The position numbers and the translations under genes were made by a program. Source: Eledone cirrhosa (Eukaryota). Taken from it: 64,000 bases of DNA. Of this stretch, positions 38,765 to 49,191 are shown one piece after another. The notes under the pieces were generated by a model. That model had not been told where the DNA came from. It saw nothing but the letters and a program-made list of their open reading frames with translations, and made no database searches. Location of the stretch: contig OZ024745.1 of the NCBI GenBank assembly GCA_964016885.1, positions 102,238,001 through 102,302,000 of the forward strand, written 5' to 3'. Each line of letters starts with the position of its first letter. The stretch's first letter is position 1.

Positions 38765-39230
38765 AAGAAAGCCCTAGAACTGAAAGGCCTAAATGTAAAC
38801 ATAGCAAAGACTAAAGTCTTAATAAGTAGGAAGGAGGACAAGAAGCTGATACCATCTGAGAAGTAGCCTTGTTTGATGTGTCAAAAACAGGTGGGTACAA
38901 ACTCCATGAAGTGCACACAATGTAATCTATGGATGCATAAAGAGTTGTACTGAAATTGCAAGCAGATTAATGAAAAGGTATAACTTATATGTAGCAAGGA
39001 CACAGTGATAGTAAGTACACATGAAATTAATTCCTTTAGGTGCAAAGGAGGCTTCTTAGAATTTGTTGATAGGTTTTGTTACCAAAGAGAATACTCAGCA
39101 GTGGGGGGAGGATGCTCTGAAAGTGTGACAGCCAAGAGAAGAACAGGATGGAAGAAATTTAAGAAATTTCATTTGCTGACAACAAAGTTTCTCTCTTAGA
39201 GTAATGGGTAGATTCAATGATGTTTGTATG
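38765..39230 (+). pseudogene. Decayed RTE fragment (RT end and PHD finger)
   Basis: LELKGLNVNIAKTKVLISR..PCLMC..NSMKCTQCNLWMHK..GGGCSESV..RTGWKKF. Confidence 0.85.
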
Positions 39231-40063
39231 CAGTGGTGGAATGGCCAGGGGCCCACAGTAGTATTTTAGGGGTCAATGCTTTGCTTTCAAAAAATACCTG
39301 AAGTCTAAGAGAAAAAATACATTTTTAAAAAATAAATGAAACAATTAAGCAAAGCATTTGGTCAACCAAATCCCCAGAGAATTAATAGAAACCAAAATAT
39401 ATGAGAGTGCAAACAGCTGGAATCAGTGGTTGTACATTCTACTAAATTTAAAGCTTAGTGTATTCATTCATGCATGCAAACATACATATATAGACATACA
39501 CACAAGCATATATATAAATATATATATATCCCTTTTCTTGGAGCTGGATTATTGTAAACGACTGAGAGTTTATTCTCAAAATATAATATAGTGTATTGCT
39601 CCTTAACTGTAGAGCTGATCTTTAATCCCGCATAAACGGCTGTTATTTCTAGCACCAGGAATGCGGGACGGCTAATTTGGCCTGGCTGCACACGTGTAGT
39701 CAGACCTGCTAAATTTTTGATGTGAAATATACTAATTTTACTGGGTTCCTGTTGATAAGCACAGAAGATTTGGATATTTCACTTTTTATTTCAATTCCAT
39801 TTCGATTCTCTTTATTTTTCAATTCACGGACCACCGTTGCGAAACGTATTTAGGTTTCGAGGTTCAAATTCATCTACGGAGCAGGTTTGGATTTTGAAAT
39901 TTAAATTTGTCCAGGAACCATGGCCTTTGCCAATATAAGCTTGTCTTTATTGACTTATATCGAGACAGACAAATTGTATTCACTTTAATTAGTTTATTTC
40001 ATTAATAGCTAACTTTGTCTGTTACAATGCAAACACGTTTTGTGTTTATCATATATTTTAATG

Positions 40064-40135
<72 letters not shown>

Positions 40136-40421
40136 TGATGAGACACAAAATTGTGTAGGACACGAGGATATAGAGAGCGCTCACAGGGTAGGAAGCCAAA
40201 CTCGCACGTGGTGAAGAATCTGCTAAAAGCCAAACTTCTACATAGTGAAGAGAATTTGCTGACCGTTGCTGGAGACGTATATAGTGGTAGAACACTGGAA
40301 GGTAATATCCGTAGTGGTAGAGCACTCAGTCCATGAGACGAGTTAGGTAGAAGTGGTTACACAACAGTTAGTTCACCATACTGAGAACAATTGTTTCACC
40401 TTAGCGGATCCGCAGCTCGTA

Positions 40422-40787
40422 AAGAAAAAGCAATAAATTAGAAATTAATTGGGAGATACTAGTATGAGATCCAGGGGCTAAGGGTGGATGGTGAAGGGGG
40501 ATTTTGACAAGTGTGTGTGGTAAATGTTTTGCTGATTGTCTTGTCTTAATGGGGTTGATGTGGTTTCAGGGAGAGAGGGTGAAAGATGTTAAGAGATTTA
40601 TGATCTAGTGACCTTAACATCTCTTTCACCCTCTCTCCCTGAAACCACATCAACCCCATTAAGACAAGACAATCAGCAAAACATTTACTACACACACTTA
40701 TCAAAAACCCCTCTTCACCATTCACCCTTAGCCCCTGGGTCTCATACTAGTATCTCACAATTAATTTCTAATTTATTGCTTTTTCTT
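40422..40787. repeat. Long fold-back: ~172-bp arms, 19-bp loop
   Basis: 40422-40593 is the reverse complement of 40613-40787, with fewer than 10 differences. Confidence 0.95.
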
Positions 40788-41111
40788 CTATCTGTCACTA
40801 CCTCAGGCTCTCTACACGTATCTATGTATGTTTCGAATATATGGCTTTTCATGTTAGCACTAAATCCACCACAACACCCTTATACGGACACTTACTCACC
40901 ACCACCACTATCATATTCTGTACTTATATGCTCTCACTTATCCTTATTTCTTTATATTTTTATTATTTTTCCATTTTCTTACATTTTTATTGTATCTTTT
41001 TTCTTACTTTTTACATCTGTAACTTCTTTACCTATTTATCATATATTTTATTATTGCTGTTATTGTTTTGATTATACGCTATTTCTCTATATATATCATG
41101 CCATGTACGAA

Positions 41112-41237
41112 TTATTTGTATTCTGATGAGTTGATCAGAGGTAAATAATGTAATGGAGATCGAGTGACGCAACTTCAAGCGATTAGCGGCCTCTAGACTC
41201 ACCTGATCAATGAAACAATTGTTAATACCTGAAATAA
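41112..41237 (+). ncRNA. Type I hammerhead ribozyme (Penelope-associated type, long helix II)
   Basis: Helix I GTATT/AATAC (plus distal TTATTT/AAATAA); CTGATGA at 41123; helix II GTTGATCAG/CTGATCAAT with a 64-nt insert; GAAA at 41212; palindromic helix III AC-AATT-GT; GUU site at 41221-41223. Confidence 0.78.
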
Positions 41238-41298
41238 AGCCCCTTGTTGTACAGCCAACCATGTTACTCTTCATTCTTTCACTATATATATATATATA

Positions 41299-41476
41299 TA
41301 GCTTAAAATGGAGTGAGAATAAGAAGAAAGCAAGAATGGGAGGGGGGGGGGGTTTCCTCATCAGTTGTTTACTGGGGCTCTCGGAAATATCTGAGACCCC
41401 CAGTAGACAACTGAGGAAGAAAACTCTGCCCCTCCCCATTCTTGCTTTCTTCTTATTCTCACTCCATTTTAAGCTA
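41299..41476. repeat. Fold-back element (~85-bp arms) next to (TA)n
   Basis: tagcttaaaatggagtgagaataagaagaaagcaagaatggg... pairs with ...cccattcttgctttcttcttattctcactccattttaagcta. Each arm holds a CTGA(T/G)GA box. Confidence 0.9.
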
Positions 41477-41506
41477 CCTTAACTAGCAACTACCCAGCCA
41501 ATCCTA

Positions 41507-41543
<37 letters not shown>

Positions 41544-41578
41544 CTGAGTGAGTGTGATAGACCAAAGGTCATTATTGG

Positions 41579-41690
41579 GTGGATTGGCAGTATCGGTAGA
41601 GTGTCGGACGCCATGCTTTGACACAGAGTTACGGCCCTTGCCATTCTGAGTTCAAATCCCGCCGAGGTTAACTTTGCCTTTCATCCTTAT
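41579..41690 (+). mobile_element. SINE A variant, 3'-truncated
   Basis: Head and B-box present. Shares the ttacggcccttgccattc variant with the copy at 42574. Confidence 0.85.
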
Positions 41691-42573
41691 GACACACCAG
41701 TCTCCCCTTCAAGTACTGCAGGGTGGAAGACTATGATTGTACCACAGTACTTTCCATACTGCCTGAAGTCTCCCCTCTTATCCATCACCCATTACCCAAT
41801 CAAATCTCTTCATACTTGACACCCCACCCACCCCCAACCTCGACCAGTAGGGTAGGATTGTTCTTCAGTTGAAACAATGATGACAAATTCATTAGTGTTG
41901 GTGCCACAATAAATGCCTCCAGTACACCCTTTGGAACATAATTTAACAAAGGTTCTTACATATCATGGTGTTTAGTTTTAAGATATAAATACTTTAAAAC
42001 AGGGACAATTTCAGGTGGTGTGCTATCAAACTCGTTAAGACACATTTTATGTTATCCCTTTACCAAATAGATATCAAACAACCAAAATATATAAAGGCAA
42101 ATTTACATGAAATATAGAACAATGTGTGTATATATTTGAAATCTAATGTAAAATCTAATCTTAAACTAATTTGAAAATGATATAATAATTAACAAGGCAT
42201 TAATTATAAACTTGCAATAATTATCCTCAACATATTCGTTCTACATCACTATGTTTGATATAAAATTAGAAATCTCTTCGATGAATACTTAATTTAATTT
42301 CTCAGATAATAGTCTCATGTATTATTTATTCATAGAAAAAATAGCTTGCTAAATGAAGAGTTTTAATTATTAAATAATTTAAAGTTTTAATTACTTAAAT
42401 ATGGGGAAGAATTATTAGCATCCAAGAAGATAGTTACAGAATTATTTTAAAAAAAACCATCTATGTTTGAACATCAATAAATGATGATATGGTTTATAGA
42501 GTGAGATTAGTTTAACATCCAGAATCTGAGGAAACTGCCAATGGTCTGCATCAGCAACATTATCTTCGCTCAT

Positions 42574-42762
42574 GGATTGGCAGTATCGGTAGAGGGTCGG
42601 ACGCTATGCTTTGACGCATAGAATTACGGCCCTTGCCATTCTGAGTTCAAATCCTACCGAGGTTAACTTTGCCTTTCATCCTTATGGGGGGTCGATAAAA
42701 TCAAGTACCAGTAATACACTGGGTGATTGCTGGCCTTGTGCCAAAAGTAGAAACAATTATTA
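42574..42762 (+). mobile_element. SINE A variant
   Basis: Family match ending gtagaaacaattatt. Confidence 0.9.
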
Positions 42763-43099
42763 CGAAGGGCAGTTTTTCTACTAGCATGTGTAGTGTGCAT
42801 ATTGATATTATATGCAAATATATGTGCATATTGATATTATATGCAAATAGACATGCATGTAGATATGATACGTCAAATGAAACCGTAATTGACAATATGC
42901 ACAGAAATTCTGTAATCTTCTGTAATCAGTAAAGTAATCCATGATACATTTAAAAAGACGATGTTATATATAAGCTGCATTACGGTGAAATGTAATGAAA
43001 ACAAAAAAGAAGAAAATTAGTGATGGAAATATAAACGTTATATAAGGATGAAAATATATAAGCATTTATATAAGCATATAGCAAGTGTTATAATATAAT

Positions 43100-43188
43100 T
43101 GTTTCTACTTTTGTCACAAGGCCAGCCATTACCCAGTACATTACTGCTACTTTATTTTATCGACCCCGTAAGGATGAAAGTCAAAGTG
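43100..43188 (-). mobile_element. SINE A 3' half
   Basis: tgtttctacttttg...aaggatgaaagtcaaagt. Confidence 0.85.
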
Positions 43189-43342
43189 GATGCTAACCGG
43201 AAATGTTGACATTTGAAAATTTTAAAGAAGTGAATCTTAAAATAAGCAATACTTTATATCTAAGAATATTTATGTTTAATCAACAGCTACAATATTTAGT
43301 ACATAAATTAAGTAATATTCATTCATTATTTATTCAAAGTAA

Positions 43343-43526
43343 GGCGGCGGATTGGCAGTATCGGTAGAGAGTCGGACGCCATGCTTTCCAGCATAGTTAC
43401 GTCCCTTTACGATCTAAGTTCAAATCCCGCCGAGGTTGACTTTGCCTTTCATCCTTACGGGGTCGATAGAATAAAGTACCAGTAATGCACTGGGTAATTG
43501 CTTGCCTTGTGCCTAAAGTAGAAACA
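43343..43526 (+). mobile_element. SINE A with 18-bp TSD
   Basis: TSD attatttattcaaagtaa at 43325-43342 and 43527-43544. The empty site is visible in the Helitron copy at ~14065-14090. Confidence 0.95.
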
Positions 43527-43611
43527 ATTATTTATTCAAAGTAATCCAACTTTACTAACGGGATAAAATAATATAAAACGGTCACTGTCCTGCACTCCCC
43601 GCTTTATTATA

Positions 43612-43869
43612 TTCATCATTTCATTTTACGTCCGCCTTTCCCTGCTTGCAAGGGTGGGACGGGAACTGATTCTGGCTTGATTTCTACAGCTGGATGCCCT
43701 TCCTAACACCAACCTCATTTACAGTGAGTGCTGGGTGCTTTTTTGCCGTGGCACCTACACGACCACTTTACAGTGGAATGATAGGGACCCCAGTCCCTAT
43801 CATCTCATTTCTATAGCTGAGTAAACTGGAGCAATGTGAAATAAAGTGTCTTGCTCAAGAAAACAACAT
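43612..43869 (-). mobile_element. SINE B, 5'-truncated
   Basis: Tail and body match 48850-49110; the tRNA head is missing. Confidence 0.9.
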
Positions 43870-43892
43870 ATATATTATAGATTACAAATTAG

Positions 43893-44081
43893 TGGCGGTG
43901 GATTGGCAGTATCAGTAGAGGGTCGGATGCCATGCTTTGCAGCATAGAGTTACAGCCCTTTTTTGTCTGTGTTCAAATCTCGCTGAGGTTTCACTTTGCC
44001 TTTCATCCTTACGAGGTCGATAAAATAAAGCACCTGTAATGCACTGGGATAATTGCTGGCCTTATCCCAAAAGTAGAAACA
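43893..44081 (+). mobile_element. SINE A
   Basis: Family match with degenerate TSD attata(g/a)attaca. Confidence 0.88.
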
Positions 44082-45962
44082 ATTATTATAAATTACAGAA
44101 TTATCAGTTTTCATTTTCATCAGTCAGTGAATCTGCACATCAGGTGGCAGTTGTCCTCCAGTATTCTTGATTAGTTGCATGTTCTATGTCTTTTCTGTGT
44201 CAGTTGACAGTTTTCAGGTCCTCTAGAAAGCCTTAGCACAATGTAGCCTGTAGCGTTTGCCATCTTATCTCTCCTTCTGTTGGTAAACATCAAAATGTTG
44301 TTTATAAATACTGATGACTTGGCTACTGCATGATGTGAGAACTAGCTGCATTCTTCATTTCATCACCAATTAATCCTGATTATGCTCTTCTTAAGAATTT
44401 TTCATTTCTGATATGATCATGAAATCTCCAGAATTTTCCTCAAGTACTCTTGATGAAAGGCATTCAACATTTTTCTGATTCCTACAGATTTCTTCCACAT
44501 TTTACTTACATATAAATTTCATTGGTTTAACAAAATAAATGCTACAATGCCTTATGAAGAAGATTTTTGTATTTAAGAAAGAAACCTAAAAATAAAGATT
44601 TATTAGTCCTCAAATTCACAGAGAGAAGGAAATGTGGTTGAATGATTTCTACATCTTCAACAAAAGCATTGGTGATGTAACATGAAATAATTTCCATAGA
44701 GAATTGAAACCATGTAACAAACTTATCTCTCTTGATTCTACACTATAAATTAACCTTAAAATATGGAAATATCATTACAACACTCCAGTGTTATATGAGA
44801 TATTGTATGTGTTTAAACACCTCTTGTGACAACATGCAATAAACTTAATACAAAGTTAATTCAAAGACAATTTCAAAATATTTCATGTTTAATTTTCTTA
44901 GTGGCAGCATTTTTGTGAAATATTTCAATAGATTTGAAGCAGTCTCTGAAAATTTTCCATGATTAACTAAGTTTTAAATATTTAAAAATTGTATTCCCTC
45001 TTCGAACCAAAATATTAAGAAAGTAAAAAAAAAACATATATATTTTTGTAAACATTTAAAATGAATATTTTCTCTTTTGAACATTCAAATTAGAATTACA
45101 AATTACAAAATAACCAAATTTTAACCTTTAAAATATAAAAAAATATCCTATTATTAAAAAAAAAATTATAAGATTTATTTATGTTTCAAATTGATGTGAT
45201 ACAAAGCAAAGAAATGTTTGAGGCAAAGAAATGTTTGAGAGAAATAAAAGTAACAAATATAAAAATGAAAAAAAATATAAAATTTAAAAAACTAAAATAT
45301 TATTTATAGGAGAAATCTTGAAAATAGCTGAAGTTCAACAAAGGGTAGGGGCAGGGAAACAAAAGAAAAACAAAACTTAAATAAGCAATATCATCATCAG
45401 TAAGGGAATACAAGTGAAGGCACCAGCTGCAGATTAATTTAAATATGTTTTTCCTTTGTAAATTTAGCCAATTTAGGGACTCACAAAATACATAGCATCA
45501 AGCGAAATCAATAAATATCCTTCATAGAAGTATGCCAGTGTAATATCCATAAATAAACACGTATTTAATATTTATATCTTTGGAAATACTCAGTTTACTT
45601 TCTCTCATTATATACCAAATAAAAAACTAAATTTCATTCATTTTCCTCCACCCATCTCTCTCTCTCTCTCTCTCATACACACACACCTCAATGAGGGGCC
45701 ACACACACACATTGAAAACAATATTTTACACATCCCTCTATGTGTCGTGTGTTATAAATTGGCTTACCATAGAGAGCAGCTAAATCTTCCTCAAATTACA
45801 CCCTACCATCCTAAAGAGTGGAACACAATAGACAATGTAGTTCTAGATATGCAATGCCTGAGAGAAATATAGGTTGGTCAATACATTTGGTCACAGCTGA
45901 ATAATAATAATTTAAAAGACAGTCTATATCAGTGAATGATTTATTCCAGATATAGAATCCCA

Positions 45963-46008
<46 letters not shown>

Positions 46009-46062
46009 CGTTTCTGAATTTGTTTAGCAAGATTCTTTATCTGAAAACGTGTGTTGAAACCG

Positions 46063-46343
46063 ATATTGTTATACTTTGGGAGGGTCATGTTGCCAATAAG
46101 AAACACATGCACCTGTTGCTTTCACTCCAATTTATTATAAATTAAACAATTTTTTAAAAATTTTTTATATATTGTTCATATATTGTCAAAGTTCTTTCGT
46201 CACACATTCTGTGACCTCTTCAGCCAAGCGGAAATTTATAAAAAATAAAAAAAATTTTTTTAAATTTATAATAAATTGGAGTGAAAGCAACTGGTGCGTG
46301 TGTTTCTTATTGGCAACATGACCCTCCCAAATTATAACAATAT
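46063..46343. repeat. Fold-back element (~100-bp arms) with a decayed hammerhead in the spacer
   Basis: atattgttatactttgggagggtcatgttgccaataagaaacac... pairs with ...gtgtttcttattggcaacatgaccctcccaaattataacaatat. On the minus strand the spacer reads CTGAAGA-GGTCAC..GTGAC-GAAAG. Confidence 0.9.
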
Positions 46344-46344
46344 A

Positions 46345-46681
46345 TATATAATGTAAAACGAAAAATCAGTGATGCATCTGAACTCAATTTATTATGTGTT
46401 ACAATTGTTTCACCGGCAGACAGCTCGAGACACGATCATTGTGTGGATCTGTCTGATTCTAGACCTGCAGGTTCGTCGGACATTTCTAATAATTTCGGAT
46501 CAAATTTTCTCACTGGGGTGTTAGCGTAAAAAAACATCTACTTCGCTCGTCCTGCTATTGGCTGTTGTTTTTCTACGTAATCATAAATTTTGACCAACAG
46601 GTACTGTCACACTGACCATCAGCTGTCCATCTTCTTGCCACACTTCAATGAATCCCTACTGGGTTTGGTAGTTCACACGTC

Positions 46682-46714
<33 letters not shown>

Positions 46715-46872
46715 TAGAAATATAAGCTTTCACCATATTTTTGACTAAAGAAATTTTTAGCCTGATAGTGGGGTTTAGAACCCTCAGAGAAATGGAAAAA
46801 GATGAGTATCGATGTACATGAGTGTGTATGTACATATATGTGTGTGTATGTACATATGTGTGTGTGTGTGTT

Positions 46873-46903
<31 letters not shown>

Positions 46904-47345
46904 GTGTATGTGTATATATATATATATGTGTATGTGTATATATATATATATATTTATTTATATATATGTGTATATATATATATATATATACACACATGTA
47001 TTTGGTTATATTGTTTATATTTGTGCATGTGTATAACAAGATGCATCCTTTCATGTATGACCCTTGTATGACCCATTGTGTAACTCTATATGACTGTGTG
47101 TATATCATATTTGAGTACAGACAGATATATGTATGTATCTTTGTAGACATGCGTGGGCCTGTAGGTAATAGGCGTGTATTTGTAAGAGTGTATATGAGCC
47201 AGTGTGTGTGTATGTGCACCTACTATAGGGTAAGGGCTTGTTTGTGCGTATATATACATATATATGTGTGTTTGCGAGCGAAACAATTGTAACACACAAT
47301 AAATTGAGTTTAGATGCATCACTGATTTTTCGTTTTATATTATAT
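46345..47345 (-). mobile_element. Penelope-like remnant bounded by ~65-bp inverted ends
   Basis: 46345-46411 is the reverse complement of 47280-47345. (TA)n flanks, a hammerhead near the left end and a microsatellite-rich interior. Confidence 0.7.
46397..46482 (-). ncRNA. Type I hammerhead-like motif with CCGACGA core variant
   Basis: Minus strand: TGT-CCGACGA-ACC.GCAG...CTGC.GGT-GAAA-C-AATT-GTA-ACA. Helix I is only 3 bp and U4 is replaced by C. Confidence 0.55.
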
Positions 47346-47418
47346 CACACTCTGCTCTGTAAGAACATAGAGTGCTCAACCGGCATACTGCCTATGGAAG
47401 CATCATAGCTACCATCAG

Positions 47419-47451
<33 letters not shown>

Positions 47452-47545
47452 CATACATACACACATATATATATATATACATACATATACACACATATAT
47501 ATATATATACATACATATACACACATATATATATATATATATACA

Positions 47546-47862
47546 CACATGGCTTAGTGGTTAGAGCATTGGCCTTGCAATCGAGAGGTTGTGAGTTCAA
47601 TTCTCAGACCGGGTGATGTGTTGTTTCCTTGAGCAAGACACTTTATTTCACATTGCTCCAGTTTACTCAGCTGTAGAAATGAGATGATAGGGACTGGGGT
47701 CCCTATCATTCCACTGCAAAGTGGTCGTGGAGGTGCCACGGCAAAAAAGCACCCAGCCCACACTGTAAAGTGGACGTGTAGGTGCCACGGAAAAAAGGCA
47801 CCAGCACTCACTGTAAATGAGGTTGGTGTTAGGAAGGGCATCCTTCCTAAAATGATGATGAT
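47546..47862 (+). mobile_element. SINE B, long-tail variant
   Basis: Retains both ggtgccacgg...cactgtaaa blocks found in the RTE 3' UTR (22680-22770). The 3' end is shortened and followed by (ATG)n. Confidence 0.9.
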
Positions 47863-47956
47863 TGTGTGTGTGTGTGTGTGTGTGTGTTATGTATTCCCAT
47901 AGAAAAGGTAAAGGAAAGAAGAGTGCTCTATGTATAGTACAGAGCTATATAATTAT

Positions 47957-48175
47957 ATAATAAACAACACAATATAATTATTCCATTACCCAAGGTTTCA
48001 CGAAATTAGATAATCCTCACAGAAATGTCCAGTCCGTTCATCAGATGAAATATCTACGTTGATATTTTTATAACAGAGATATTTCATCTGATGAACGAAC
48101 TGGACATTTCTGTTAGAATCATCTAATTTCATAAAACCTTGGGTTATGGAATAATTATATTGTGTTGTTTATTAT
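47957..48175. repeat. Fold-back (~100-bp arms) made of two inverted hammerhead-containing copies
   Basis: 47957-48060 is the reverse complement of 48072-48175. TA-rich flanks. Confidence 0.93.
47979..48052 (-). ncRNA. Type I hammerhead ribozyme, apparently intact
   Basis: Minus strand: helix I TATTTCAT/ATGGAATA (8 bp, one G.U); CTGATGA; helix II ACGGA/TTCGT; GAAA; helix III ACC-TTG-GGT; GUA cleavage triplet. Confidence 0.82.
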
Positions 48176-48849
48176 TTATATATATATATATTAATAAAGT
48201 TAGTCCTTCATCAGTGATCTTCCAACCATCATTGGTATTTCATCGCTTTAAAGACCATATACCTCCGGTTGGTGCGAGCAACGGCTAAAAAAAGTCGTTG
48301 GGACACGTAAATAAAGGGGACACGAGAGTGTAAACAAACAAAGATGGTGAAGCAACGAAAAGTGAGGAAGAACGAGTCAAGTCCCAAATTTCGATGAATA
48401 TAAGTTCGGTGAAATCGTGAACGAGAGAGAATAAAGACCATCAAACCTGGTTGGAATGTGAGCAAGGAAGGAATTCCGTATATATGCACATGACTGTGCA
48501 TGCTTATATATACGCAGGTATGTGCATACATGAATGCACCTGTGCCTGTTTGTGTATACCTTGCCCATCCCCCACCTACTCATTTACTTGGTATCTAAAC
48601 TCTCGCTTCTCCCCACTCCTCCGATTAAAGTAATATCTGACTCGTTTATTCAGGTATTTTCATGCAAAGCCTTTACACCTCTACAGTGGATCCACAGTGG
48701 CATTTATGTGGCTCACAGATCTGGAGGCTAAGTTACTGCTCTCTTAGCTGAAGCTATTTTACATAATGTACTGGATTTTGGTCATAGCACTAGCACTAAA
48801 CAAGTGGTCACTTTATTCACTAAATAGAATAATACACACACATATATAT

Positions 48850-49191
48850 CATCATTCATCATTTCCTTTTACGTCCGCTTTTCCCTGCTTGCAAGGGTGG
48901 GACGGGAACTGATTCTGGCTTGATTTCTACAGCTGGATGCCCTTCCTAACACCAACCTCATTTACAGTGAGTGCTGGGTGCTTTTTTGCCGTGGCACCTC
49001 CACGACCACTTTGCAGTGGAACAATAGGGACCCAAGTCCTATCATCTCATTTCTACAGCTGAGTAAACTGGAGCAATGTGAAATAAAGTGTCTTGCTCAA
49101 GGAAACAACACATCACCCGATCTGAGAATTGAACTCATAACCTTTCGATTGCAAGGCCAATGCTCTAACCACTAAGCCATGTGCCTCCATC
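48850..49191 (-). mobile_element. SINE family B, full length
   Basis: Near-identical to the other copies; flanked by catatatat(a) repeats. Confidence 0.92.

Larger units (their letters stand above)
42763..43881 (-). mobile_element. Second copy of the non-autonomous Helitron, carrying three nested SINEs
   Basis: 42765-43020 matches the reverse complement of 14290-14500, and 43196-43610 matches 13990-14190. The minus-strand 5' end is A|TCTATAAT at 43881. Half of the 3' hairpin remains. Confidence 0.8.

Noticed and set aside
39700-39860. Possible hammerhead ending GCGAAACGTA
   Set aside because: No CTGANGA box or helix I partner found upstream.
45478-45550. Minus-strand ATG...TTT|GTGAGT first-exon candidate; likewise ORF-like stretches at 50395-50490 and 59002-59229
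   Set aside because: No homology recognised; such signals arise by chance in 64 kb of AT-rich DNA.
48229-48600. Penelope GIY-YIG C-terminus on the minus strand upstream of the truncated CTGATGAAGGAC motif
   Set aside because: Context is suggestive, but no convincing protein motif could be read.
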